The translations under genes and the position numbers were made by a program. Shown one piece after another: positions 17,163 through 25,692 of a stretch of 38,337 bases of DNA (the first letter of the stretch is position 1; each line of letters starts with the position of its first letter). The DNA comes from a virus (lineage: Duplodnaviria; Caudoviricetes), in the IMG/VR virus record IMGVR_UViG_3300030005_000139, positions 1 through 38,337 of that record; one strand, 5' to 3'. The notes under the pieces are model-generated. The model was not told where the DNA came from. It saw nothing but the letters and a program-made list of their open reading frames with translations, and ran no database searches.

Positions 17163-18823
17163 TATCTTCTGCCCATCGGACGAATCGGTTTCGGAATGAC
17201 AGCTTTCGGCCTACTGATCGCAACGTGCCGCATTAGGATCATCACGGAGTCGGCCAAGTTGGGGCTGGCCATCTTGAATTTCGACTTCATCTCCTCTTTG
17301 GTGTAGAGCTCGAAGAGGCCATTGCCGTTTGGCTTGATAGGCATTCTACATAGCTCAGCACGAAGTCGATGCAAAATATCTATCGACGAGTCGAAGCTGA
17401 TAAGGCGTGCCGGGTCGTGGTATTCGCCAAGTTCGACGGCGCGATAGGTTCTGTAAGCCCTGTCACGCAGTTCGAAGTAATACTGCGCACGCTTGTTGCG
17501 GAACACATCGCGGTTCGTCTTCTGTTGCGCCACGGGCGATGCCATGGCCGGCGCATAGACCGCATCGGGGAAGTCGGGCGACTCAGAACCACGGAACACA
17601 GATAGAACGGTTGGCTTGCCCTCGAAGTCCTTGCTGAACTGCTCGGTCAAAGCGATGCCCATACCGTCGCCGTCCCACGAGAATGAATCAACTTGGGACT
17701 TGATAGCCTCGCCTGCCGCCCAGTGGCCGCCCTCGTTTACGTTGCCGTCCATCTTTTCCTGAAGGTCGACCAGTACTGAGCCATGGCGCACGGCAAAGCC
17801 CTTGCTGTCTGGACCAAGGTCAGATGGGTCGTGTGACGCGATGCGCGCCCCAGTCGGTGCGAAGCCCAGCTTCTTGTGGGCATCAACGCAGGCATCAAAC
17901 CACTCGGCCTTGATCAGGGCGCTCTCTACCGAGTCATTGAAGGCGCCGAGCCAGATATGGTCGTAGAGCGCGCGATCGAGGTTCTCGTAGTCCCACTGGC
18001 GCTCATCCTCAAGCCCGCTGAGGTGGTACCAAGGGTTGTCGGTGTAGTTGACGACCACGATCAGGTGCAGGTCGTCCTCGTAATACCCGTCCCTATCCAG
18101 CGCAGACTTGAATGGCGTGATGAACCGCCGGCTGAATGGATCCTCGCTGCTCCCGGGGTTGGCAATAAAGATCATCGATACGTTCGAGGAAGGATCATCG
18201 ATCACTTCCTCCAGCTCAGTCGGCTTGCCTTTCATCGGCTTCTTGCGAGCCGTAGGAGTCAGCGCCTTGAGCGAGCCCGAGCTAATGAACTGCGCCTCTT
18301 CAACCTGATACCGCTTGAAGCCATGCGCAGACTTGATGCTGTCCACGTTCCGAGCCAGGCCGGCGAACTGAAATGCATCAGTCCCGTTGCGCTTGATTCC
18401 GTTGTCCTGGACTTCGAAGCCGGCGAACTCTAGCCGCTCGATCTCTTCCTTCAATAGAGAGTGGATAGAGTTGCGGATACTGGACTGGTACTCGCGGAGG
18501 CAGTACGTCTTGGCGCCGTTGTCTTTTGCGTCGATCAGGCAGATGTCGGCAACCCCGACGGACTTACCCGAGCCGCGGCCACCGATGACGATGACGAACC
18601 GCTTTGTTGATGTCAGAACCTGCTCGAGCTTGGCCGGCAGATATACCTGTGGGTCTTCTTTGGTACGTTTCCACTCACCGCCGCGATTGACTAGGGAGTG
18701 GGTATGCCCATCTTTGGGATGGACAAGCCCTACAACAGTAACCTTACCCTGGCGTCGCTCTAGCTCAGCCAGGATCATGTCGAGCTCATCGCGCTCCGAC
18801 AGACCAGCAGATGCAGCTTGCAT
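17162..18823 (-). CDS. terL: Terminase large subunit
   Basis: Walker A GGRGSGKS, REYQSSIRNS, Walker B VEEAQ, C-terminal nuclease SPNLADS. Confidence 0.95.
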   Translation of the reverse strand: MQAASAGLSERDELDMILAELERRQGKVTVVGLVHPKDGHTHSLVNRGGEWKRTKEDPQVYLPAKLEQVLTSTKRFVIVIGGRGSGKSVGVADICLIDAKDNGAKTYCLREYQSSIRNSIHSLLKEEIERLEFAGFEVQDNGIKRNGTDAFQFAGLARNVDSIKSAHGFKRYQVEEAQFISSGSLKALTPTARKKPMKGKPTELEEVIDDPSSNVSMIFIANPGSSEDPFSRRFITPFKSALDRDGYYEDDLHLIVVVNYTDNPWYHLSGLEDERQWDYENLDRALYDHIWLGAFNDSVESALIKAEWFDACVDAHKKLGFAPTGARIASHDPSDLGPDSKGFAVRHGSVLVDLQEKMDGNVNEGGHWAAGEAIKSQVDSFSWDGDGMGIALTEQFSKDFEGKPTVLSVFRGSESPDFPDAVYAPAMASPVAQQKTNRDVFRNKRAQYYFELRDRAYRTYRAVELGEYHDPARLISFDSSIDILHRLRAELCRMPIKPNGNGLFELYTKEEMKSKFKMASPNLADSVMILMRHVAISRPKAVIPKPIRPMGRR

Positions 18824-18825
18824 CC

Positions 18826-19236
18826 TTATTCCCCGGTCACATGGGAAAGAAGCTTGGCCGCGCGGGCTTTCAACTCATCGTCTGACTTCGACGCCAGATC
18901 AATCTGCCCGCTGTGATCAACGTCCTGCTTGTCGCGCCAGTTGAACCGGTTCTTCATGTTGAAGATCCAGGTCGTCGGGTTTCCTTCCACTTCGCCGAAC
19001 GCCATTTTGCGGCCCATCGCCTCCCATTTGGCGTGGCAGGCGGCCTTGGCAGCTTTGTAGGTTCGGGAAAACTCTTGATCTTCGGCGATCCACCGGTACC
19101 ACAAATCATCACTGATACCGAATTCAGCGCGGATCTCAACATCCGAGCAGCCATCCTTCCCCATCTCGAGAAATCGTGTCTGCCATCCTTCCTTGAGGCG
19201 ATCAATCACTTCGTCTTTCGGTCTTCCGCCGGCCAT
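18826..19236 (-). CDS. terS: Terminase small subunit
   Basis: MAGGRP start, HTH, WIFNMKNRFNWRDKQDV motif; upstream of terL. Confidence 0.88.
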   Translation of the reverse strand: MAGGRPKDEVIDRLKEGWQTRFLEMGKDGCSDVEIRAEFGISDDLWYRWIAEDQEFSRTYKAAKAACHAKWEAMGRKMAFGEVEGNPTTWIFNMKNRFNWRDKQDVDHSGQIDLASKSDDELKARAAKLLSHVTGE

Positions 19237-19583
19237 TACGCAACCATCCTCGGCGCCTTGCGCGCCCTGTAGTGATTGATGGCGATCTTGGCCCCACAGA
19301 CGATCAGTGCAGCGTCGATCACGAACTGAGCGATGTAGTCATGCGACTGGAGCATGTCGTGCAGTAGCAGTGTCTCCAGCGCGAGGCAGGCAGACCAAGC
19401 GCAGGAGACCGCAAGCACTACCTTCAGCCACTGGGAGCTAACGAACGACAGAGCGATCATGTCCACCAGCATGAAGCAGAGATACCAGGTGGACGCCAGC
19501 TCACCGTCAACCTCGACTGCCCATACAGGGATCAGCGAGTTGACGACAAAGAAGCCGATGACGTGCACCAGGATCGAAATCAT
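19236..19583 (-). CDS. Integral membrane protein (115 aa, about 4 hydrophobic segments)
   Basis: ATG 19583 in a TAATG overlap; its stop overlaps the terS ATG. Confidence 0.7.
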   Translation of the reverse strand: MISILVHVIGFFVVNSLIPVWAVEVDGELASTWYLCFMLVDMIALSFVSSQWLKVVLAVSCAWSACLALETLLLHDMLQSHDYIAQFVIDAALIVCGAKIAINHYRARKAPRMVA

Positions 19584-19690
19584 TACTTCTTGGCCTTTGG
19601 CTTGGGCTTCGGCTTGTTTTCGGCCTTGTTGGCCACGTACAGGCCTTTGCTGCCCGGGTTGTTCTTGTTCACCTTGATCTGGTTGCGCAT
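19583..19690 (-). CDS. 35-aa cationic peptide
   Basis: MRNQIKVNKNNPGSKGLYVANKAENKPKPKPKAKK; GGAGG RBS; TAATG coupling at both ends. Confidence 0.65.
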   Translation of the reverse strand: MRNQIKVNKNNPGSKGLYVANKAENKPKPKPKAKK

Positions 19691-20160
19691 TACGCCCTCC
19701 ATTGGGCTTCGAGATTGCGTTTGAGGTTGGTGGCTGAAGGTGTCTTGACGCCTGATAGGATCCGGTAGGCTGAGACGGCGCCGTAGATCGCCTGGCGGGT
19801 GATCCACGGAACGCTGAGCGCTTCCATGGCCTGCAACAGGATTCCGTCACAGGTCTTGCGAGATACAGCGTGAGGCCGCCCGTCTTTGGTGATGCTCAGG
19901 TACTCACACACAATGTCGTGGACTACTGCTGCTTGCCCGTACGCGCCCCATGGAGGGATCGCACTCCAGAACAACCGCGGGACGCTTGCGCCATCAGTCA
20001 GGTAGCCGGCGGGGACATTCACCCATTCGCCGCTGTGCTCATTGTCCAGGTAGAAGCGGAACCCGTTGGTTAGGCGCCAGTGATCAACACCCAAGGCAAT
20101 GCTCGCCTCTCTGTCGTAACGAACCGACATCTCGGCCGAGAACTGGGTAAAGCTGCTCAT
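19690..20160 (-). CDS. DUF1353-like protein
   Basis: VPAGYLTDGASVPRLFW...YGQAAVVHD motif. Confidence 0.8.
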   Translation of the reverse strand: MSSFTQFSAEMSVRYDREASIALGVDHWRLTNGFRFYLDNEHSGEWVNVPAGYLTDGASVPRLFWSAIPPWGAYGQAAVVHDIVCEYLSITKDGRPHAVSRKTCDGILLQAMEALSVPWITRQAIYGAVSAYRILSGVKTPSATNLKRNLEAQWRA

Positions 20161-20588
20161 GCAAGCGCTCTCCGCACACCCTCGTCGATCTCGCCATTCT
20201 TGTACGGGTTGTAGCCGTTCTCGTGACGGATGATTGCCTCAACCAGCGGCCGAAGCATGGCGATTCGGTTGACATCGATGTTCGCGCAGGGTGTCACTGA
20301 GAGTGATTTGGCCACGGCATCAGCGTATGCCTTGGTGTTGTTCTCGTTGTTCGGCGCCCAGCGGCCGATGATCTGCTCAACGGTTTTTAGTCCGTGTTTG
20401 TTCTGGTAGGTGCGGATCAGCTTGCCCAAGGCACGAATGCCGTTCTCGGCAGTATCGAAGCGGGCAAAGCGCGGAGTGCTATTCCCTACCTTCAGCTCAA
20501 GGCCGATCTGCCCTGCCCAATCATTGCGAGGGTTGTAGTCGATGTTGCCGGGGTTATTATTGCGAATTCCGCGCGTGGTTTTATCCAT
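20157..20588 (-). CDS. Putative endolysin (RGIRNNNPGN family, lysozyme-like)
   Basis: RGIRNNNPGNI...GIRAL...RWAP..EN.T..Y...IIRHENG; follows two holin-like genes. Confidence 0.75.
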   Translation of the reverse strand: MDKTTRGIRNNNPGNIDYNPRNDWAGQIGLELKVGNSTPRFARFDTAENGIRALGKLIRTYQNKHGLKTVEQIIGRWAPNNENNTKAYADAVAKSLSVTPCANIDVNRIAMLRPLVEAIIRHENGYNPYKNGEIDEGVRRALA

Positions 20589-20859
20589 GGCGAATCTCCA
20601 GAATCTTGGCCAGGTTGCCGCGGGCGACGAACATCAAAACGAGGATTGCGGCGTAGATTGCTGCGTCGAAGATCTGGGCGGCCGACTGGTTGCCCATTGT
20701 CAGCAGGATCGCCACCGCGCCAGTGCACAGCATCAGCAGGTACGCCACCGCGGTAATACCGAACCTGTACTGCGCTCCATGACGCCAGTCGTAGCAGAAC
20801 AGCCGGAAGCAAATCCCTGCACAGATAGACGCCTTAATGAGCATCAGGACTTCATTCAT
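20581..20859 (-). CDS. Holin-like membrane protein (92 aa, 3 hydrophobic segments)
   Basis: Three TM-like stretches; C-terminal ARGNLAKIL; upstream of the endolysin. Confidence 0.7.
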   Translation of the reverse strand: MNEVLMLIKASICAGICFRLFCYDWRHGAQYRFGITAVAYLLMLCTGAVAILLTMGNQSAAQIFDAAIYAAILVLMFVARGNLAKILEIRHG

Positions 20860-21232
20860 CCTTAGGCCCCTCGGTTGTTAGGCCGAGCTTCTTGCGTATC
20901 CATGCCTTGCCGTTTTCATCAAAAACGGCCAACAACGTTTTGAAGACGACCACGCAGAAAAAAGCCGCCACGAATGACGGCAATGGGGGGGAATCGAATT
21001 CCCAGATCTTGCGCTTTGCGATCTCGATGCCGAAGTAGTACCCGAAGGCCCAGGCTCCGATAAGGAGACCGATACGTACAGAGACGGTTGTCCCATTCGT
21101 AACGAATGCGAACATCAGCGCACCTGCAAAGGCTGCCACTACGGCATTTGCGTCGAGCCCTATAACGATCGAAGCGGCACTGACGCCACTGATCAAAGCT
21201 ACGGGGTAGATAGTGCTTGCGGGCTCGGCCAT
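20852..21232 (-). CDS. Putative holin (126 aa)
   Basis: MAEP start, AFAGAL motif, 3-4 TM segments, charged C-terminus; first late gene. Confidence 0.75.
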   Translation of the reverse strand: MAEPASTIYPVALISGVSAASIVIGLDANAVVAAFAGALMFAFVTNGTTVSVRIGLLIGAWAFGYYFGIEIAKRKIWEFDSPPLPSFVAAFFCVVVFKTLLAVFDENGKAWIRKKLGLTTEGPKDE

Positions 21233-21264
21233 TTACTCGATCCGTAGCATGTGTTGATGTCCAA

Positions 21265-21318
21265 ATAATACCATGAAATAGATTTATACTATCGATTTAT
21301 GGGTTTTCGATAGATTTT
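21265..21318 (-). promoter_or_regulatory. Putative late (lysis/packaging) promoter with inverted-repeat operator
   Basis: Extended -10 TGgTATTAT (21273-21265); CTATCGA-N11-TCGATAG (21289-21313) over the -35 region. Confidence 0.55.
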
Positions 21319-21445
21319 ATTTAAATCTCTTCCGATTTGTCATCCACTCAGCCCGTGCTCGGTACAGGTGACGCACTATCCCGAGCACAGCTCCCCACAT
21401 GATCAGCATGAAGACGATGTAGAGCTGGACTCGGGAGATGTTCAT
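21317..21445 (-). CDS. 42-aa single-TM peptide (below the ORF-track cutoff)
   Basis: MNISRVQLYIVFMLIMWGAVLGIVRHLYRARAEWMTNRKRFK; ATGA overlap with the ninG stop. Confidence 0.55.
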   Translation of the reverse strand: MNISRVQLYIVFMLIMWGAVLGIVRHLYRARAEWMTNRKRFK

Positions 21446-22038
21446 GCGGCCGCCCTCTTAAGCTCTCTAGTCTTTGCCCGGTATGAGGCCTTGATAGCCT
21501 TCAGATCATCGGCGGTGTACTTGCGCACGCTCTGGTCAGCTTCCAGGGCGTCGACCGCTTCCTGGCCGATGCGTGCGATCAGGCCGATCCGGTAGTCCAC
21601 TGCGTTGCCAGAGAGGAACCGGTTGTCCTGCTTGCTCTGTGCGTGGCAGTTGCGCTCATCGAAACGCAGGTGAGGTGCGGAGCCGACGCTGCGGTAATGG
21701 CCGGCATCTACTGCGTTGCCGCTCCAGTCCAATGGCTTGCCGCTGGAGATGCAGAGGTGGCCGGCGGCCTGGTCCCGGGTGCGGATGTATTCGTTGAATG
21801 CCTGCTGTGCTTCGCGCATGTGGTCGCCGCGGGACTTCAGCTTCTCCTTGCGCGCACGGATATCGGATCGCTCGACCTGATCCAGCGACTTGCGCGCCTT
21901 CGCCTGGTTCACTTCCTTGATGGCCATGCCGCACTTGGGGCTGCATACCGCCTGCCCGAGGCGCTGCGGGACGAATGAGGCCCTGCATGCTGGGTTCTTG
22001 CACTTCTTCGGGCGGGGCTGTTTGGCTGAGAGGCTCAT
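21442..22038 (-). CDS. ninG: NinG/Rap-family recombination endonuclease
   Basis: KKCK..C...VCSPKC; FNEYIRTRD..CISSG..DAGHYRSVG..LRFDERNCHAQ. Confidence 0.92.
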   Translation of the reverse strand: MSLSAKQPRPKKCKNPACRASFVPQRLGQAVCSPKCGMAIKEVNQAKARKSLDQVERSDIRARKEKLKSRGDHMREAQQAFNEYIRTRDQAAGHLCISSGKPLDWSGNAVDAGHYRSVGSAPHLRFDERNCHAQSKQDNRFLSGNAVDYRIGLIARIGQEAVDALEADQSVRKYTADDLKAIKASYRAKTRELKRAAA

Positions 22039-22502
22039 GCTGCCGCCTCCCATTGCTCGGGCATCTGCCCCTTCGGCTCGCTCCAGATGACGCCCTTCTC
22101 GGCGCCGAAGACGTACATGCATTCAATGACGTCGCCCAGTTCGGTCACGGTCATGCGCTTGGTGCTCTCCCCTAGCATCACTACGCCGCCGTTGATGCCC
22201 TGGGCCATGCGGATCTCTTGGCGGGCTGCAGCAGTCATGAGGGCCTTCCAGTCCTCGCTGTCGAGCTTCTGCATGACGCCATTGACTGGCCATTCAACCT
22301 GGCGGGAGATGTCGCCCAGCATTGCCCACAGCTTGGCGTTCTGCTCCAGGGTGCGGCGAGATTTGACCGGGCGGACGATGATCTCGACAGCGCCCGCGGC
22401 GGACAGCTCGGTGGCGAACAGGTAGGCCAGCCGCAGGACTTCACGAACTCGGGACGGGCCGGACGACCAGAAGTGGCGGGGCTTTTGGATGACGTTGGTC
22501 AT
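22035..22502 (-). CDS. ninB: NinB/Orf-family protein
   Basis: RTLEQNAKLWAML.DISRQVEW...DWK...G.STKRMT motif. Confidence 0.88.
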   Translation of the reverse strand: MTNVIQKPRHFWSSGPSRVREVLRLAYLFATELSAAGAVEIIVRPVKSRRTLEQNAKLWAMLGDISRQVEWPVNGVMQKLDSEDWKALMTAAARQEIRMAQGINGGVVMLGESTKRMTVTELGDVIECMYVFGAEKGVIWSEPKGQMPEQWEAAA

Positions 22503-22693
22503 GGCTTTCCATCTCCACATTTTGAGCACCACCAGATACCCATCCCTGGCTCATCCTTGGATGGGGTGAATCCTTCAGCTTCTTGCTGTTCAGAAAAAAC
22601 CGTTCCCCCTTCGGCTGGATGGACATGTGGGCCAAGGCCATAGAGTGGGAAACACGGGTGACCATCTGGATCAGTGCAGAATTCGCAGCTCAT
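22499..22693 (-). CDS. Small CxxC-containing hypothetical protein (64 aa)
   Basis: CEFC...CSKC; ATGA overlaps on both sides. Confidence 0.65.
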   Translation of the reverse strand: MSCEFCTDPDGHPCFPLYGLGPHVHPAEGGTVFSEQQEAEGFTPSKDEPGMGIWWCSKCGDGKP

Positions 22694-23094
22694 GCCTGCT
22701 CTCCCTTGCCCATGGCGGCGAGCAAGTTGCGTGCTTTATCAATCTCGCCACACGTGTGCACCTCCCAGTTCGTGGCGTTTGAGATATGAATAAGGGTCTT
22801 TAGAGACTTGCTCAGCTCTGCACACCGGACTTGCATTGAATGGATTGCATCGACCACATCCTGAGCGCCAGCGTCCACGGGCAGGCCAAGCTCATGCGTT
22901 GCACAAAGCATCGTCTCGCGCACAGATCGCAACCTCTCCATCTCAGCCTTCAGCCCCTTATTCACGGACTCATAGGCTTCGTAGCCGGTGCGCAGGCCGG
23001 CGAGTTCGGCCTTGAGCTGATCGACGATCGCCAGGTGATCTGCGTGCTTGACCATGAGACTCCCGGTTGCGCCGTAGTAAGTTGGAATGCTCAT
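22690..23094 (-). CDS. Hypothetical coiled-coil protein (134 aa)
   Basis: GGAGG RBS; ATGA overlaps. Confidence 0.65.
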   Translation of the reverse strand: MSIPTYYGATGSLMVKHADHLAIVDQLKAELAGLRTGYEAYESVNKGLKAEMERLRSVRETMLCATHELGLPVDAGAQDVVDAIHSMQVRCAELSKSLKTLIHISNATNWEVHTCGEIDKARNLLAAMGKGEQA

Positions 23095-23264
23095 AGCCCC
23101 TTCCTCCAGTCCTGCCAGTACACGTAACACAGCACCGGCCAGAAGATGCACAGCACGATCAGCCAAGCCCATTGAGTACGATCAAGCTTTTCGCCGCCGG
23201 CTGTGATGGAGCCAACCATTGCTCCAAGTGCAAACGATGCGATGAGAAGGTATGCCGTGATCAT
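23091..23264 (-). CDS. 57-aa two-TM membrane protein (below the ORF-track cutoff)
   Basis: MITAYLLIASFALGAMVGSITAGGEKLDRTQWAWLIVLCIFWPVLCYVYWQDWRKGL; fills the gap exactly, ATGA overlaps at both ends. Confidence 0.65.
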   Translation of the reverse strand: MITAYLLIASFALGAMVGSITAGGEKLDRTQWAWLIVLCIFWPVLCYVYWQDWRKGL

Positions 23265-23995
23265 GTCCGTTGCTCCGTGGTCTTCTTGCCGAACTTCGCC
23301 ATTAGCAGCGCGCGGGCTGACTTGCCGTCGGCCGGGATGCCTTGCTGAAGGATTCGTGCTTGGGTTTGTTGGTCGGCCAGTTCGTTGGCCAATTCGAAGG
23401 CGGTCTTCTGGCTGTCGTGGCCGATGCCGGTGAGGATCTTGCCGTCGAGCGGCTGGCCTTCCTGGGCGCGGCGGATCACGATTGCGTAGTTGTGATCGAA
23501 GCGCTGGCGCAACCCCTTGTCTTCCTGCTTGGCGGCGCGCAGGTCGAAGATCCCAGTCTCGTTGGCGGCGATGCGCACACCTTCGTGGCTGTATACGGCC
23601 ATCAGGGCTTCCATCCAGGCTGCGGCGGAGGTTGGCATGCCGAAGCGTTCAGGCCCGGGCGTACACCAGCCAATGAACTGCCCGATGCTTGGGGCAAATG
23701 GCGAGCCACTTCGGCGGCATTCTTCAATGCCGTAGCGAACCTGGTCGATGTTGTTGAGCCCGGCGTCGATGAAGCCCTTGGTCCAGCTGCGCATTGCCGT
23801 GTTCTTTGCGGCTTCGTCCGGCCATGCCTGCCGCCAGGCTGGGAAAATCGCCTGCAACTGGCGGAAAATCTTCTCCACGATGGCGCCAGTTGATTCGTCC
23901 ACGTTGCCGAGTGGCGCTTGAGCCACTGGAGCGTTACTACCACCGGACACGACCATGCCCCTGGCCTGTTGAGTCATATCGCCAACGCGCTTCAC
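23261..23995 (-). CDS. Lambda P-like helicase loader
   Basis: FRQLQAIFPAWRQAW...W.K.F...SPF.PSIGQFIGWC; follows the O-like gene. Confidence 0.85.
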   Translation of the reverse strand: MKRVGDMTQQARGMVVSGGSNAPVAQAPLGNVDESTGAIVEKIFRQLQAIFPAWRQAWPDEAAKNTAMRSWTKGFIDAGLNNIDQVRYGIEECRRSGSPFAPSIGQFIGWCTPGPERFGMPTSAAAWMEALMAVYSHEGVRIAANETGIFDLRAAKQEDKGLRQRFDHNYAIVIRRAQEGQPLDGKILTGIGHDSQKTAFELANELADQQTQARILQQGIPADGKSARALLMAKFGKKTTEQRT

Positions 23996-24828
23996 AGATC
24001 GCTACTCGTGTCGGTGCGCCAGTCGGTGCTGAAGAAGTCTGGTGCGCCAGATGCTGATCGCGAGCCGGCCTGCTTGCCTGTCAGACGGCCAATGATCCAG
24101 TCAGCTTCGAAACCCTGCCAGCCGTTCAGGACCGCCAGTTCAATGGCCTTCTCGGCCTGTATGCCGGCCGCTGCGCACTTGGTAAGGGCTGCGTTCACAT
24201 TTGCCCATACTCGGGCTGTAACGGGCGCTCGCTTGGCCTTACGCAGCTTCAGGTAATCATCAATGGATTGCTCGTTCAGCCCGAACGGGTTGTCGTTGAG
24301 CATTTGTGATTTGCCGAAAGTTGAGTCATCGGCGGACTTGGCTTTGCGTGCCTTGGGAGCTGGCTTTACTTCAACAACACTACCTTCCGTAGGAAGGGGT
24401 ATTTGTTTTTCTTTCTTAGTATAAAGAAGGGAGTCGTCAGTTTTGGTCTGACTCGGCATCTGTACGACTCGGCTCATATGGTCCGAGTCAGACCATATGG
24501 TCCGAGTCGGACATTCAAAATAAACCCACTCTTTTGGGTCGCACATGCTGATGTCGCCACGCGACCCACCTTCGCGGCAAATTACTCGGCGCTTCAGCAA
24601 GTGACTGATGGCCTTGGATGCAACGTCAGGATGCATGTGGGTAGCCTTGGCAACGTCTGTTGCCTTAATCCGTATTGCGCCTGCCTGGTAGTTGATCGTC
24701 GCCTTAGCGATGAACAGAGCAACCTTCAGCTCTCTCCCAGGCAGATCGATGGCCATAAGGCCATCCATCAATTGGTTGTCCATCCGGGTGAACCCCCTGG
24801 ACTTGTCAATGTGAACGATGTTTGTCAT
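23992..24828 (-). CDS. Lambda O-like replication initiator
   Basis: N-terminal GFTRMDNQLMDGL...L.GRELKV; C-terminal LRKAKRAP.T...NGWQGF. Confidence 0.85.
   Translation of the reverse strand: MTNIVHIDKSRGFTRMDNQLMDGLMAIDLPGRELKVALFIAKATINYQAGAIRIKATDVAKATHMHPDVASKAISHLLKRRVICREGGSRGDISMCDPKEWVYFECPTRTIWSDSDHMSRVVQMPSQTKTDDSLLYTKKEKQIPLPTEGSVVEVKPAPKARKAKSADDSTFGKSQMLNDNPFGLNEQSIDDYLKLRKAKRAPVTARVWANVNAALTKCAAAGIQAEKAIELAVLNGWQGFEADWIIGRLTGKQAGSRSASGAPDFFSTDWRTDTSSDL
24400..24512. repeat. Putative replication origin inside O: iterons plus AT-rich tract
   Basis: CATATGGTCCGAGTC at 24475 and 24494 (19-bp period); GGTCTGACTCGG (24445-24456) inverted at 24483-24494; AT-rich 24400-24428. Confidence 0.7.
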
Positions 24829-24883
24829 GATTCTTCTCGCTGAACTGCTGTTGAAAGAGCCGACCTAGTCCGTCGGCTTTTTT
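24803..24883 (+). ncRNA. oop-like antisense transcription unit (promoter plus about 45-nt RNA ending in a terminator)
   Basis: TTGTCA (24803)-17 nt-CATGAT (24826) with TGn; terminator AGCCGAC-N7-GTCGGCT-TTTTT at 24858-24883. Confidence 0.55.
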
Positions 24884-24904
24884 GTGCCCGGCCTCCGGGC
24901 GTTC

Positions 24905-25099
24905 CTACCGCTTGCGAAACGCTTGGATCGTTCCGCTCATTGTTTTCGGCCTGGTGCGATCTGTGATCGCCTGCTGGATCGCAAACTTGGCCAGCTGCTC
25001 CAGGGATAAACCCCTGAACTCCGCCTCCTTCTGGAAGGCCTTCAGCTCTTCCTCATCCAACAAATCACCAATCACCAAACCGCTGTCTTGTTCCGACAT
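24905..25099 (-). CDS. Small putative DNA-binding protein (ribbon-helix-helix-like)
   Basis: 64 aa; LDEEEL..F..EAE.RGLSLEQLAKFAI; cII position. Confidence 0.6.
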   Translation of the reverse strand: MSEQDSGLVIGDLLDEEELKAFQKEAEFRGLSLEQLAKFAIQQAITDRTRPKTMSGTIQAFRKR

Positions 25100-25137
25100 A
25101 TGCTCTCCGGTCCCTACTGGGTCCTTGCGGTAGTACT

Positions 25138-25332
25138 TCAGGCTGCGTTGGTGTCCCGCTTAAAATCAGCAACAGATTGGTGAAGCCAAGACTTCAGGAT
25201 CTCCCGGGCCAAAACAGCCTTGGGAGTCCGGTGAATACGAGCAGCGCTTTGAAGCCATTCGTCGTACTCGTCATCCAGCAGAACCTTGGTCTGGTTGATG
25301 TGTTTGTGGTTGGGGCGTGATAAGTCGCTCAT
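25138..25332 (-). CDS. Small putative DNA-binding protein (ribbon-helix-helix-like)
   Basis: 64 aa; TKVLLDDE...L...A......KAVLAREI; AGGAG RBS. Confidence 0.65.
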   Translation of the reverse strand: MSDLSRPNHKHINQTKVLLDDEYDEWLQSAARIHRTPKAVLAREILKSWLHQSVADFKRDTNAA

Positions 25333-25363
25333 GCGTGGACTTCTCCTTGGTTACTAGAAATGG

Positions 25364-25597
25364 TTAAGCGGCTGATTTTTTGCTAGTGGGGCTGGCCGAA
25401 CTGGAAACTTTCTTGCGGCGCTCTGCCCTCTCTCGTCTTTCCAAAAGGGACTCGATGGCCTTTCCAAGCTCATACCCAACAGATGCACCTGCGGCTGCGC
25501 GGCTTATGGTTGGCTGCGTAGTGCCGCAGGTGTCCGCGATTGCGGTCTGGGAAAGGCCAAGCTCAAGCAGCCGAGCCAGCATGATTCTTACACTCAT
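25364..25597 (-). CDS. cro: Cro-like HTH repressor
   Basis: GLSQTAIADTCGTTQPTISR HTH; divergent from cI; GGAG RBS. Confidence 0.85.
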   Translation of the reverse strand: MSVRIMLARLLELGLSQTAIADTCGTTQPTISRAAAGASVGYELGKAIESLLERRERAERRKKVSSSASPTSKKSAA

Positions 25598-25608
25598 AGC
25601 TGTACTCC

Positions 25609-25687
25609 ATGATGATTCGTATGGCAGATCATACGAAAACACATAGCTATGAGCAATAGAATTCTTTTGAATGCATTTACGTATGGT
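25609..25687. promoter_or_regulatory. OR region: PR promoter and three operators ATG-N6-CGTAT
   Basis: Minus strand TTGCTC (25656-25651)-17 nt-TATGAT (25633-25628); operators at 25609-25622, 25631-25644 (inverted) and 25671-25684. Confidence 0.75.
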
Positions 25688-25692
25688 GTGAG

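Noticed and set aside
19584-19850. N-terminal 89 codons of the 204-aa ORF 19236-19850
   Set aside because: Overlap DUF1353 and the 35-aa peptide in other frames; TAATG coupling points to a start at 19583
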